Source: Myxococcota bacterium (GTDB taxonomy: Bacteria > Myxococcota_A > UBA9160 > SZUA-336). Taken from it: a DNA stretch of 64,000 nucleotides. The DNA is taken from contig JBBDXF010000028.1 of NCBI GenBank assembly GCA_040902485.1, forward strand, positions 33,270 to 97,269. The letters are read 5' to 3'. The notes beneath the pieces were generated by a model that saw nothing but the letters and a program-made list of their open reading frames with translations, searched no databases and was not told the DNA's origin. Shown here piece by piece: positions 1-9,832 of the stretch (positions within the stretch are counted from its first letter, which is position 1; every line of letters starts with the position of its first letter). The position numbers and the translations under genes were made by a program.

Positions 1-552
1 GCCGGCGGCTGCGCGGTGGTGTGGGATCCGACGCGCGAGGGCGAGGGCGACGTGATCGCCGCGGGCGCCGAGCTCAAGCCCGAGACGTTCGCGTTCCTGC
101 TCACGCAGGCGTGCGGACACACGACGGTGCCGTGCGATCGCGCGCGACTCGAGCGGCTCGGCATTCCGCCGATGTCGGGCGAGGGCGATCACCACGGCAC
201 GGCCATGTTCACGGCGGTGGACCTCACGGCGGCCAAGGGCACGGGCGTGTCGGCGGCGGAGCGCGCGGCGACGGTGCGGCGGCTCGCGCATCCGGACGCG
301 CGTCCCGAGGACTTCGTGCGTCCCGGTCATGTGTTCCCGCTCGGCGCGCGCGCCGGCGGGCTGCGCGAGCGCGCGGGTCACACCGAGGCGACGGTCGCGT
401 TGTGCAGGGCCGGGGGGCTCGCGACCGTCGGCGTGTGCTGCGAGATCATGTCGCCCGACGGGCACATGGCGGGGCCCGCCGAGCTCGAGCGCTTCGCGCT
501 GCACTGGGGACTGCCGCTGATCGAGATCGCGGATCTGTCCGCGTTCCTGTGA
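1..552 (+). CDS. ribB: 3,4-dihydroxy-2-butanone-4-phosphate synthase (5' end outside window)
   Basis: Frame open from base 1. Motifs REGEGD, RPGHVFPL, RAGHTEA, CEIM. Confidence 0.9.
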   Translation, partial: AGGCAVVWDPTREGEGDVIAAGAELKPETFAFLLTQACGHTTVPCDRARLERLGIPPMSGEGDHHGTAMFTAVDLTAAKGTGVSAAERAATVRRLAHPDARPEDFVRPGHVFPLGARAGGLRERAGHTEATVALCRAGGLATVGVCCEIMSPDGHMAGPAELERFALHWGLPLIEIADLSAFL

Positions 553-956
553 CGGCGGGCCGGGGCGCGCTCGCGATCGCTCTCGTCGCGGGCGCGCTCT
601 CCGGCTGCGCTTGGTTCCGTGGCGAGCCCGAGGCTCCGAAGCCGAGCGCGAAGCGCGAGCTCGAGGTCACGGCGACGGCGTACAACTCGGTGCGCGGTCA
701 GACCGACGGGGATCCTTCGATCACCGCGTACGGGATCCGCTTGCGGCCGGGCATGCGCATCGTCGCGGTCTCACGCGATCTGGAGAAGCTGGGTCTGCGC
801 CAGGGAGCGAAGCTCCGGATCAGCGGGCTCGAGGGCGAGTGGACCGTCGGCGATCGCATGCATGCGCGCTGGACGCGTCGCATCGACGTGTACATGGGAC
901 TCGACGTGAAGGCCGCGCGCGCCTGGGGCAAGCGCAAGGTCAAGATCCTCTTCTAG
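549..956 (+). CDS. 3D-domain (MltA-like) lipoprotein
   Basis: GTG overlaps the ribB stop (GTGA). Lipobox LSGC; motifs TATAYNS, VGDRM, RIDVY. C-terminal part of ORF 21..956. Confidence 0.8.
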   Translation: MTAGRGALAIALVAGALSGCAWFRGEPEAPKPSAKRELEVTATAYNSVRGQTDGDPSITAYGIRLRPGMRIVAVSRDLEKLGLRQGAKLRISGLEGEWTVGDRMHARWTRRIDVYMGLDVKAARAWGKRKVKILF

Positions 957-963
957 CGCCGTG

Positions 964-2313
964 TCAGCGCGGCGCGGCTTCGAGCACGGCGCGCGCGGCC
1001 GCGATCCCCGACCGGGCCGCGGCCGCGAACGCCACGCCGTCGTAGCCGACACCGCACAGGATCGGGCCGTGCGCGGCCTCGAGCGTGGCGCGCAGCTCGC
1101 GCGTGCGCGCGCGATGCTCGACGTCGTAGAGCGGAATCCCCTCCGGGTAGCGCGCGACGTCGAGCAGCTCCGGCTCGCGCACGGCGCCGAGCAGGCGCGC
1201 AAGCAGGGGCGCGAGCGCGCGCGCGATCTCCTCGTCGCTCGCCGGGTGCAGGGCGGGCGCGGCGAAGACCGAAAGCAGCAGCGTGCCGCGCGGCGCGCGC
1301 CCGTCGAACAGGTTGCTCGGGAACAGGCACCCGAGCAGCGGCAGGCGCTCGCGCGAGGGGACCAGGAAGCCGAGTCCGCGCCAGCGCTCGGCGCAGGCCG
1401 GGTCTTCGAGCGCGAACGTGACCAGCACCTGCGGCACGTCGCGGTAGCGCTCGAGCAGCGCCGGCACGCCGGGCAGCTCGAGCACGCGCGACGCCGCGGC
1501 GGCCGGAATCGCGAGCACCAGCCTGCGACAGGCGAGCTTCGCCGGTTCGGCGCCGCCGACCTCGAGCTCGAAGGCCCCGGTGCGTCCGCGCGCGCGCAGG
1601 ACCGGCGTCGACAGGCGCAGGCGCTCACCGAGCCGCGAGGCGAGACCCGCGCACAGTCCGCCGAGCCCGAGCGGCGTCGAAACGACACCCATCTGTGTCG
1701 GCGCCGAGCCGCGTGTCGGCGCCGCGCCGCGCGCGAGCAGCCGCTGCAACGCGAGCCGGGCGAAGCGACCGCCGGCCTGCTCGAGCGAGGCGGCGAGCTC
1801 CGGAAAGGCCGACTCGAAGCCGACCTGATCGGCGGACGTGCCGTAGATGCCGAGCGTCAGCAGGTCCGCGAAGCGCTCGGCCACCGTCGTTCCGAAGCGC
1901 TCCTCGACCAGCGCGCGCACCGACTTCGGCCCCGCGCGCACCGGGCGCAGCGGCTCGGCCAGGATCGAGGCGAGGCCGCTCCAAGGCACGAACGAACCCG
2001 AGAGCAGCGTGCGCAGGGGCGGAGGAACGGGCACGAGCGCTCCGTTCGACACCACGTAGGGCGGCGCGCGTCTCGCCTCGACGAGCGCGAGGCCCGCGGC
2101 GTCCGCGAGTGCCGCGAGCGCGGCGTTCCCCCGCACCGTGTTGGGGCCGCGCTCGATCGTGTACTCGCCGCGTCGCACGGTCTGCGCCGCGCCGCCCGCG
2201 CGCGTGGCGGCTTCGAGCACCCGCACGTCGCCGTCGCCGCGCGCGACCAGCTCGGTCGCACAGGCGAGTCCGGCGATGCCCGCGCCGACCACGACCGTGT
2301 GCGCGCTCGTCAC
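964..2313 (-). CDS. hemY: Protoporphyrinogen oxidase (HemY-type flavoprotein)
   Basis: VVVGAGIAGL FAD motif, ERGPNT, GLGFLVP, LGCLFPS. GTG start overlaps the hemE stop. Confidence 0.9.
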   Translation of the reverse strand: MTSAHTVVVGAGIAGLACATELVARGDGDVRVLEAATRAGGAAQTVRRGEYTIERGPNTVRGNAALAALADAAGLALVEARRAPPYVVSNGALVPVPPPLRTLLSGSFVPWSGLASILAEPLRPVRAGPKSVRALVEERFGTTVAERFADLLTLGIYGTSADQVGFESAFPELAASLEQAGGRFARLALQRLLARGAAPTRGSAPTQMGVVSTPLGLGGLCAGLASRLGERLRLSTPVLRARGRTGAFELEVGGAEPAKLACRRLVLAIPAAAASRVLELPGVPALLERYRDVPQVLVTFALEDPACAERWRGLGFLVPSRERLPLLGCLFPSNLFDGRAPRGTLLLSVFAAPALHPASDEEIARALAPLLARLLGAVREPELLDVARYPEGIPLYDVEHRARTRELRATLEAAHGPILCGVGYDGVAFAAAARSGIAAARAVLEAAPR

Positions 2314-3371
2314 GGCGTGGATTCTTGGACCGTCCGCACGAACGTCGCGACCGCCTCGATCGGCGTGCGCTGCAGCACGCCGTGACCGAGGTTCACGATG
2401 TGGCCGCGCGCCTTGCGACCCGCGCGCACGAGCGCGGCCGTCTCGCGCGCGATCTCCGGCAGCGGCGCGAACAGCGCGGTCGGATCCAGGTTTCCCTGCA
2501 GCGCCACGCGCTGGCCGACGCCTGCGGCGGCCTCCGCGAAGTCGACGCGCCAGTCGAGCGAGACGACGTCGGCGCCGAGCCCCGCGAGCGGGTCGAGCAG
2601 GTGCGCCGCGCCGCGCGCGAACACGATCACCGGCGGGCGCTTCGGACCGAGCCGCTCGATCACCGCGCGCAGCGCGCGTCCGGCGAAGCGCTCGAAGCGC
2701 GCCGCCGAGAGCGTGCCCGCCCAGGTGTCGAAGATCTGCACGCAATCCGCGCCGGCCTCGATCTCGAGCCGGAGCGTCTCGGCGCAGATCTCGACCATGC
2801 GCTCGAGCAGGCGATCGAGCGTGCGCGGCTCGCGGTAGGAGAGCGCGGACAGCACCTCGAGATCGCGCGAGAGCTTCGCCTCCGTCGCGTAGGCCGCGAG
2901 CGTCCAGGGCGCCCCGGCGAAGCCGATCACCGCCGCCGTGTCGCCGAGCTCGCTTCGCAGGCGCGTGATCGCAGCGCAGGTCGGCGCGATCGAGGCGGTG
3001 ATCTCACCGTCGAGCCGCGCCAGCTCGGACTCGCTCGTGACCGGGCGCGCGACCACCGGTCCCGGCGAGAAGTCGAGCTCGAGCCCGGCACCGCGCAGCG
3101 GCAAGAGGATGTCGGAGAAGACCACGACGCCGTCCATGCCGAAGCGCCGGTGCGGCTGCAGCGAGACCTCGACCGCCACGTCCGGTCGATCGCACATCTC
3201 GATGAAGCCCGTCTTCGCGCGCAGCTCGCGGTACTCGGGCAGGTAGCGGCCGGCCTGGCGCATCAGCCACACGGGCGGCCGATCGACGGGCTGTCCGCGC
3301 GCGGCGCGCAGGAAGCGCTCGCGCGCGGAGAGCCGAGCGACCGGCTTCGCGGGCTTCACGGGTTCCGACAC
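2310..3371 (-). CDS. hemE: Uroporphyrinogen decarboxylase
   Basis: PVWLMRQAGRYLPEY, FSDIL, IGFAGAPWTLA, LQGNLDP, NLGHG. Start taken as GTG 3371, downstream of TATCAT at 3381-3386. Confidence 0.95.
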   Translation of the reverse strand: MSEPVKPAKPVARLSARERFLRAARGQPVDRPPVWLMRQAGRYLPEYRELRAKTGFIEMCDRPDVAVEVSLQPHRRFGMDGVVVFSDILLPLRGAGLELDFSPGPVVARPVTSESELARLDGEITASIAPTCAAITRLRSELGDTAAVIGFAGAPWTLAAYATEAKLSRDLEVLSALSYREPRTLDRLLERMVEICAETLRLEIEAGADCVQIFDTWAGTLSAARFERFAGRALRAVIERLGPKRPPVIVFARGAAHLLDPLAGLGADVVSLDWRVDFAEAAAGVGQRVALQGNLDPTALFAPLPEIARETAALVRAGRKARGHIVNLGHGVLQRTPIEAVATFVRTVQESTP

Positions 3372-3994
3372 GATGCGCGGATGATAGGGACAGCCGGGAG
3401 CGCTCGGCCAGCAGGGCGAGAGACCCACGCGCTGCCGCGCACGAAGAAGCGGTAGGGCAGGTCGACGCCCTTGCCGAGCCCGATGCGCGTGCTGGTCGCG
3501 ATCGCGGGCGCGCCTGCGTCGGGGCGCGCCTCGATGCGCAGGCTCCCGCGCAGCGCGCCGGCGCCGTCGTCCTCGCGCGTGATCGCGAAGGCCTGCGCGA
3601 GCTTGCCGGGGCCGTTGGTGAGCTCGCGCGGGTCGCGGCCGCCGCGCAGCGCGCGCATACGCTCCTCGCCCGCGAGCGGCTCGACCGCGCGCAACAGCAC
3701 CGCGGCGCCCGTACCCGCCGGCTCGCAGACCAGGTTCGCGCAGAAGTGCAGGCCGTGGCTCAGGTACACATAGAAGTGTCCGGGCGGCCCGAACATCGAG
3801 CGGTTGCGGCGCGTCTCGCCGCGCTGGCTGTGCGAGCCCGCGTCGCTGCCGTCGCCGAGGTAGGCCTCGACCTCGACGATCCGTCCCTCCAGGCGCGCGC
3901 CGTCCGGGAGCACGCGCACGAGCCGGCAGCCGAGCAGGTCCGGGGCGACCGCGAGGACGGGGCGCGCGAAGAAGGCGCGGTCGAGTCGCCTCAC
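3356..3994 (-). CDS. DNA-3-methyladenine glycosylase (MPG/AAG family)
   Basis: GRIVEVEAY, SMFGPPG, AVLLRAVEP, NGPGKL, TRIG. Confidence 0.92.
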   Translation of the reverse strand: MRRLDRAFFARPVLAVAPDLLGCRLVRVLPDGARLEGRIVEVEAYLGDGSDAGSHSQRGETRRNRSMFGPPGHFYVYLSHGLHFCANLVCEPAGTGAAVLLRAVEPLAGEERMRALRGGRDPRELTNGPGKLAQAFAITREDDGAGALRGSLRIEARPDAGAPAIATSTRIGLGKGVDLPYRFFVRGSAWVSRPAGRALPAVPIIRASCRNP

Positions 3995-4007
3995 AGCGGG
4001 GACTCGC

Positions 4008-4769
4008 TCAGGGCACACCGCCGTCGACGCTGAGGATCGCGCCGGTCGTGTAGCTCGATGCGTCGCTCGCGAAGTAGAGCGCGGCGCCCACGATCTCGTT
4101 CGGCTCGCCACCGCGGCGCAGCGCGATCTGCTTCGCAGCTTGCGCGAACGCCTTCATGTCCCAGGCTTTCGAGATGTCGGTGAGGAACGAGCCCGGCATG
4201 ATGCAGTTCACGCGCACCTTCGGACCGAACGCGTGCGCGAAGCCGATCGTCATCGCGTTCAGCGCGGCCTTCGCGCCCGAGTACGGGATGATGTTCCCGG
4301 TCGGCCGGATCGCGCCGATGCTCGAGATGTTGATGATCGAGCCGCCCGCAGCTTGCGCCATGCGCGTGCCGACCAGCGCCATCAGCCGGAACGGCCCCTT
4401 CAGGTTCAGGTCGAGCACCGAGTCGTACTGCGACTCGGTCAGGTTCGACACGTGGTCGTAGAGCGGCGACTTGCCGGCGTTGTTGACCAGCACGTCGAGC
4501 TTGCCGAACTCGCGGTAGGCCGCATCGACCAGGCCGTCGAGCTCGTCCCAGCGGCCGACGTGGCAGGCGTAGGGCAGCGCCTTGCGGCCGGTCTCGCGCG
4601 TGACCTGCCTGGCGAGCTCGCTGCACGCGTCGAGCTTTCGGCTCGCGATCACGACCTCGGCGCCGGCGCGCGCGAAGGCGAGCACCATCTCCTTGCCGAG
4701 CCCGCGGCTGCCGCCCGTGACCAGCGCGACGCGTCCGGACAGGTCGAAGAGCTCCTGCGTGGACTTCAT
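4008..4769 (-). CDS. Short-chain dehydrogenase/reductase
   Basis: TGGSRGLG, NNAG, YSGAK (YxxxK). Confidence 0.93.
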   Translation of the reverse strand: MKSTQELFDLSGRVALVTGGSRGLGKEMVLAFARAGAEVVIASRKLDACSELARQVTRETGRKALPYACHVGRWDELDGLVDAAYREFGKLDVLVNNAGKSPLYDHVSNLTESQYDSVLDLNLKGPFRLMALVGTRMAQAAGGSIINISSIGAIRPTGNIIPYSGAKAALNAMTIGFAHAFGPKVRVNCIMPGSFLTDISKAWDMKAFAQAAKQIALRRGGEPNEIVGAALYFASDASSYTTGAILSVDGGVP

Positions 4770-5965
4770 CGCGCGACTCCGCGCGCGCGCAAGCCCGCGA
4801 TCCCGGCGTCGTCCACGCCGAGCTCGCGCAGGACCGCGTCGGTGTGCTCGCCGAGCCGCGGCGGCGGGCCCTGCGGTCCGACGGGCGAGTCGGAGAACTC
4901 GAGCGGCGTGGCGACCGCTTCGAACGTGCCGTCGCTGCCGTAGTCGGGAACGCTCACGATGCCATTCATCGCCCGCACCTGCGGATCACGCACCACCTCG
5001 TCTTGGGTCTGAACGGGAGCCCACCACAGATCCTCGCGATCGAAGCGCTCGGCCCAGTCGGCGAGATCGCGCGTCGCGAAGGTCTCGTCGAGCAAGCCGG
5101 TTAGCTCGACCGAATTGCGCCGGCGCGCGCGCGCGTCGAGGTAGCGCTCGTCGGCGACGAGCTCCGGCCGCTCGATCGCGCGCCCGAGCTTGGGCCAGTG
5201 GCGCTCGGCCTCGAGCCCGAGCAGCCAGAACCAGCGCCGGTCGCGGCTGCGGTACTGGTTCAGCACCGGGTTCAGCGGCTGCGTGCGCGGCGCGCTCGCC
5301 GCGACCGTGCCGAAGCGCAAGCGGATGCCCGTGTCCCAGCCCACGCAGTAGAGCCCGGCGCGCAGAAGGGAGGTCGACACCAACTGGCCGCAGCCCGTGC
5401 GCTCGCGCTGGTAGAGCCCCGCCATGATCCCGGAGACCAGCGTCATGGCGGTCACGTGATCGCCGAAGCCGCCGCGCACGCCGTGCGGCTCGACGTCGGT
5501 CGGGAACATGATGTGCTCGGCGCCGGTGCGCGCCCAGAACGCGCCCACGTCGTAGGCCGCGCGATCGCGATCGGGGCCGCGCAGGCCGTAGCCGGTGACG
5601 CTGGCGTACACCAGACGGGGACACTCGCGCGCGAGCGTCTCGTAGTCGAGCCCGAGCTTGGCCAGGGCGTCGGGCCGCAGGTTCGACAGGAACACGTCCG
5701 CGCCCGCGACGGCCTTGCGTGCCAGCGCCAGCCCCTCGGGCGTGCGCAGGTCGAGCACGATGCTGCGCTTGCCGCGGTTGTCGAGGTCGAAGGGCGGCGA
5801 CTTCGGCTCCTTCAGACCCGCCAGGTGCATGAACAGGCTGCGGCACGGGTCGCCCTCGGGCGGCTCGATCTTCACCACGTCCGCGCCCCAGTCGGCGAGG
5901 ATGCCGCCCGCGCCGGGGCCGGCGACCCAGACCGCGAGCTCGACCACGCGCACGCCCTGCAGCAT
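4766..5965 (-). CDS. CaiB/BaiF family III CoA-transferase
   Basis: VAGPGAGGILADWGADVVKIEPPEGDP, NRGKRSI, GEHT. Confidence 0.93.
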   Translation of the reverse strand: MLQGVRVVELAVWVAGPGAGGILADWGADVVKIEPPEGDPCRSLFMHLAGLKEPKSPPFDLDNRGKRSIVLDLRTPEGLALARKAVAGADVFLSNLRPDALAKLGLDYETLARECPRLVYASVTGYGLRGPDRDRAAYDVGAFWARTGAEHIMFPTDVEPHGVRGGFGDHVTAMTLVSGIMAGLYQRERTGCGQLVSTSLLRAGLYCVGWDTGIRLRFGTVAASAPRTQPLNPVLNQYRSRDRRWFWLLGLEAERHWPKLGRAIERPELVADERYLDARARRRNSVELTGLLDETFATRDLADWAERFDREDLWWAPVQTQDEVVRDPQVRAMNGIVSVPDYGSDGTFEAVATPLEFSDSPVGPQGPPPRLGEHTDAVLRELGVDDAGIAGLRARGVAR

Positions 5966-6843
5966 CACGCGCGTCCCGTGGCCGCGAGCAGGATCTCGTC
6001 GGCGTGATCGAACACCAGCAAGTGTGCCTCCTCGGCGTAGTGGTGGAGCTTCGCGTCGGGAATGCGCTCGGCCTGCCTGCGCCCGTGCGCGACCGGCACG
6101 TTGATGTCGAGCTCGCCGCAGAACACGTCGACGCGCGTGGCGACGTCCTCGAGCCGGAAGCCCCACGGCCGCGTGAACAGCTCGAAGTCCTGCGCGGTGG
6201 CGCGCGCGGCGGTGCGCGGCGCGCGCCGGCCCTCTTCGAGAAAGCCCGCGCGGATGTCGGGACGTTCGATCACGCGTCGATCCGGCGCCGGGAGCTGCTT
6301 GGCCATGCCGCGCACGAGGCTCTCCCCGAAGTGGCGCATGGCGAACGTCAGCGCCGCGAAGATCGGCCAGACCAGCCACTTGGAGCGCCGCGCGAGCCGG
6401 GTGATCAGGCGGTTCATCGGCATCATCCCGCGCGCGTCCTCGTTCGTGAGCGTCTCGGCGACGCCGCACACCAGCGCGGCGCCGGTCAGGCGCGGCGCGA
6501 GCTGGTGCGCGCACACGGCCGCGTGCGGCCCGCCGCCCGAGACGCCGAACACTCCGAACTTCGCGAGGCCCAGGAAGTCCGCGATCGCGGCCACGTCGCG
6601 CGGCCAGTCGAGCAGGCGCCGGTCGGGCACGTATTCGCTCGCGCCGTAGCCGGGTCGGTCGGGCGCGATCAGCCGCACACCGAGACGCAGCGCGTGGGTG
6701 TGCATCGGGCCGAACATGCGGCGCGAGCCGGGCGTGCCGTGGAACGCGAACACCGGCGTGCCGTTCGGATCGCCGTACTCGCTGAAGGCCAGCTCTCGGC
6801 CGTCGTCGAGGCGCAGGATCGTCGCTTCGCGGGTTGCCGTCAT
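5965..6843 (-). CDS. Alpha/beta hydrolase
   Basis: FHGTPGSR, DRPGYG, GVSGGG nucleophile elbow. SD-like GGAG before ATG 6843. Confidence 0.9.
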   Translation of the reverse strand: MTATREATILRLDDGRELAFSEYGDPNGTPVFAFHGTPGSRRMFGPMHTHALRLGVRLIAPDRPGYGASEYVPDRRLLDWPRDVAAIADFLGLAKFGVFGVSGGGPHAAVCAHQLAPRLTGAALVCGVAETLTNEDARGMMPMNRLITRLARRSKWLVWPIFAALTFAMRHFGESLVRGMAKQLPAPDRRVIERPDIRAGFLEEGRRAPRTAARATAQDFELFTRPWGFRLEDVATRVDVFCGELDINVPVAHGRRQAERIPDAKLHHYAEEAHLLVFDHADEILLAATGRA

Positions 6844-6932
6844 CGTGTCTCCAGTCGAGCTACGCGACTCTACCACCGCGCGGGCCGCGGCTGCGCGCGT
6901 GTATGATGGCCGCAAGCCATGGAGAGCACGCG

Positions 6933-7922
6933 ATGAACCGCTACGGCATGACGATCCCGCTCGACGGCGTTCCGCTCGGCGAGCAGCGCGAGTGGATCCA
7001 GGAGCTCGAGCGCCTGGGCTACACCGATCTCTGGTCGGCCGAGGCCGGCGGCTACGACGGGCTGACGCCGCTGGCGCTGTCCTCGGTCTGGGCGCCGAAC
7101 ATGCGGCTCGGGGTCGCGATCCTGCCGGCGTTCACGCGCGGGCCGGGGCTGCTCGCGATGAGCGTCGCTTCGCTGTGCCAGGCCGCGCCGGGCCGCTTCG
7201 TGGTCGGCATCGGCACGTCGTCGGACGTGATCGTCGAGAAGTGGAACGGCATCCCGTTCACCAAGCCCTATCAGCGCGTGCGCGACACTGTGAAGTTCCT
7301 GCGCAAGGCGCTGGCGGGCGAGAAGATCACGGAGGAGTTCGAGAGCTTCTCGGTCGCGGGCTTCCGGCTGGGCGTGAAGCTCGAGACGCAGCCCAAGATA
7401 CTCGTCGCCGCGCTGCGCCAGGGCATGCTGAAGCTCGCGGGCCGCGTGGGCGACGGCGCGATCATCAACTGGCTCTCCGCGGACGACGTGAAGAAGGTCG
7501 CGCCGATCGTGAAGGAGGCGGGCGCAGACAAGGAGATCGTCGCGCGCATCTTCGTGGCGCCCAATCCCGACAAGGCGCAGGTGCGCGCGATGGCCAAGTT
7601 CGCGATCGCGGCGTACCTGAACGTGCCCGTCTACGCCGCGTTCCACGAGTGGCTCGGGCGCGGGCCGAAGCTGCAAGGCATGTGGGATGCGTGGAAGCAG
7701 GGCGACCGCAAGGCCGCGATCGCGGCGATCCCCGACGAGGTCGTCGACGAGCTGATCGTGCACGGCACGCCCGCGGAGTGCCGCGCGCACATCCAGCGCT
7801 ACGTCGACGCGGGCGGCTACGCGCCGGCGCTCGCGATCCTCCCGCTCGGCGTCGACGCCCGCCAGGCCACGCGCGATCTCGCGCCGATCTCGGCCAGCCG
7901 CGCTAGGCCAGCACGCCGCTAG
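6933..7922 (+). CDS. Luciferase-like (LLM) oxidoreductase, probable F420-dependent
   Basis: ELERLGYTDLWSAE, GRFVVGIG, MLKLAGRVGDG. GGAGAG before the ATG. Confidence 0.85.
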   Translation: MNRYGMTIPLDGVPLGEQREWIQELERLGYTDLWSAEAGGYDGLTPLALSSVWAPNMRLGVAILPAFTRGPGLLAMSVASLCQAAPGRFVVGIGTSSDVIVEKWNGIPFTKPYQRVRDTVKFLRKALAGEKITEEFESFSVAGFRLGVKLETQPKILVAALRQGMLKLAGRVGDGAIINWLSADDVKKVAPIVKEAGADKEIVARIFVAPNPDKAQVRAMAKFAIAAYLNVPVYAAFHEWLGRGPKLQGMWDAWKQGDRKAAIAAIPDEVVDELIVHGTPAECRAHIQRYVDAGGYAPALAILPLGVDARQATRDLAPISASRARPARR

Positions 7923-8758
7923 ACGAACGCGCCCTGCAGCTCGCGCACGGCGGCCATCTGCGCGACGAAGCCGAAGCGGCCGGCGCGCATCTCGCGCGCG
8001 CCGTCCAGGAACGCGTGCAGCGCCAGGCGTGAGAGTCCGCCGCCGATGCTGACGCGGCGCACGCCGGCCTCGCGCAGCTCGGCGAGCGTGATCGACGGAT
8101 CCGCGAAGCCCATCACCACGTTCAGCGGCCGGCCGACGGCGCGGACCACCGTGCGCATCTGCTCGATCGTGCGCAGGCCCGGCGCGTACAGGACCTCGGC
8201 GCCGACCTTCTCGAAGGCCTGCAGACGCCGGATGGTGTCGTCGAGATCGCCCGCGCCGTAGAGCAGGTTCTCGGCGCGCGCGGTCAGCACGAAGGGACCG
8301 GGCAGTGCGCGCGTGGCCTCGACCGCCGCGTGCACGCGCTCCACCGCCAGCGCGAAGTCGTAGATCGGAGCGCCGGGGACGCCGGTCGCGTCCTCGATCG
8401 AGCCGCCGACCGCGCCGCACGCGTAGGCCTGCGCGAAGATCTTCGCGGCCTCGGCGGGCGCGTCGGCGAAGCCGTTCTCGAGGTCGGCGTTCACCGGTAG
8501 CGCCGTCGCCGCGCAGATCGCGCGGCAGTCGTCGAGCAGGTCCGTCGCGCTCGCGCGCTTGCGCCCGAGCCGGTTCGCGACGCCCAGGCTGGTGGTCGCG
8601 AGCGCCTCGAAGCCCAGCTGGGTGAGCAGCCGCGCCGTGCCCGGGTCCCACGGATTGGGAAGCAGCAGCGGGTCGGGGCCCTGGTGAAGGGCGCGGAAGC
8701 GCAGGGCCTTGGCGTTCTGGTCGTTCAGTACGTGCTCGTTCGTGACTGGCTCGTTCAT
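7919..8758 (-). CDS. Isocitrate lyase/PEP mutase family protein
   Basis: LPNPWD, ATTS, PVNADLENGF, GGSIED, TARAEN, YAPG, VRRVSIG. Confidence 0.9.
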   Translation of the reverse strand: MNEPVTNEHVLNDQNAKALRFRALHQGPDPLLLPNPWDPGTARLLTQLGFEALATTSLGVANRLGRKRASATDLLDDCRAICAATALPVNADLENGFADAPAEAAKIFAQAYACGAVGGSIEDATGVPGAPIYDFALAVERVHAAVEATRALPGPFVLTARAENLLYGAGDLDDTIRRLQAFEKVGAEVLYAPGLRTIEQMRTVVRAVGRPLNVVMGFADPSITLAELREAGVRRVSIGGGLSRLALHAFLDGAREMRAGRFGFVAQMAAVRELQGAFV

Positions 8759-8833
8759 GGCGCCGATCCTCGCCAAGACCCACCGATCCGTCCAATGCAT
8801 ACAACGAGAGCCATCCATCTGTAGAATGCATGG

Positions 8834-9796
8834 ATGACCGTCGACGAGCTCGAGTCGTTCGTGTGCATCGCGTCCGGCGCGGGGGTGACCGGGGCGTCGC
8901 GCCGGCTGCACCGCTCGCAGCCGGCCATCAGCCGCCGGATCCGGCAGCTCGAGCAGGGCCTGGGCGCGAAGCTCTTCGAGCGCTTCGGCCGCGGGGTGCG
9001 CCTGACCGATGCGGGCCGCGCGCTGCTGCCGCACGCCGAGGCCGCGCTCGCGGCGCTGCGCGACGGCGAGCGCGCGGTGCGCGAGCTCGGCACCAGCGCA
9101 TCCGAGCCACTGGTGTTGAAGCTCGCGCTGGTCGGAACGCTCGCCGATTCGCACATCGTCGACGCGCTGCGCCGCTTCCGTGCGCGCTTCCCCGGCGCGA
9201 GCGTGAGCTTGAGCACCGCGAACAGCCTCGAGGTGAGCGACCTGGTGCGGCGCGGGGAGGCGCATCTGGGCCTGCGCTACTTCGCCGATCCAGATCCCAA
9301 GCTCGAGTCGCTTCCGCTCGGCTCGGAGGAGGTTCGGGTCGTGGTTCCCGCCGCGCACCGCGTGCGCGCCAAGCGCGTGGCCGACCTGCGCGCGTTCGCA
9401 GGCGATGCCTGGCTCGGCTTTCCCGCGGATCGCCGCCACCCGGAGGCCTCGCTCGAGCGGCGCCTGATCGCGGCCGGACTCGCGAACCCGCGCATCACGC
9501 CGGTCGACAGTCTGACCGCGCAGAAGCGCCTGGTCGAAGCCGGGCTCGGTGTCGCCCTGCTGCCGCTCTCGAGCTTTCGCGAGGAGCTGCGCCGCGGCCG
9601 GCTGCGCACGGTCGCGGTCGCGAGCCTTTCCGCGGAGCAGCCGGTGGTCGCGGTGCGCCGTCGCGCCGCGCACCACAGCGCGCTCGCGCAGGCTCTGCTC
9701 GAGATCCTGGCGCGCGGACCGTCGGAGCTGTCGCGCCGGGCGCGCGCCCCCCGGCGGGGCGCCAAAAAGCACGTGAAGCGCCGCACGGCGCGCTAG
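8834..9796 (+). CDS. LysR family transcriptional regulator
   Basis: N-terminal HTH (LHRSQPAISRRIRQLEQGLG, LTDAG). Divergent from the PEP-mutase gene. Confidence 0.93.
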   Translation: MTVDELESFVCIASGAGVTGASRRLHRSQPAISRRIRQLEQGLGAKLFERFGRGVRLTDAGRALLPHAEAALAALRDGERAVRELGTSASEPLVLKLALVGTLADSHIVDALRRFRARFPGASVSLSTANSLEVSDLVRRGEAHLGLRYFADPDPKLESLPLGSEEVRVVVPAAHRVRAKRVADLRAFAGDAWLGFPADRRHPEASLERRLIAAGLANPRITPVDSLTAQKRLVEAGLGVALLPLSSFREELRRGRLRTVAVASLSAEQPVVAVRRRAAHHSALAQALLEILARGPSELSRRARAPRRGAKKHVKRRTAR

Positions 9797-9832
9797 CCGC
9801 GCTTCGATATGATCGCGCTCGAGGAGATCGCG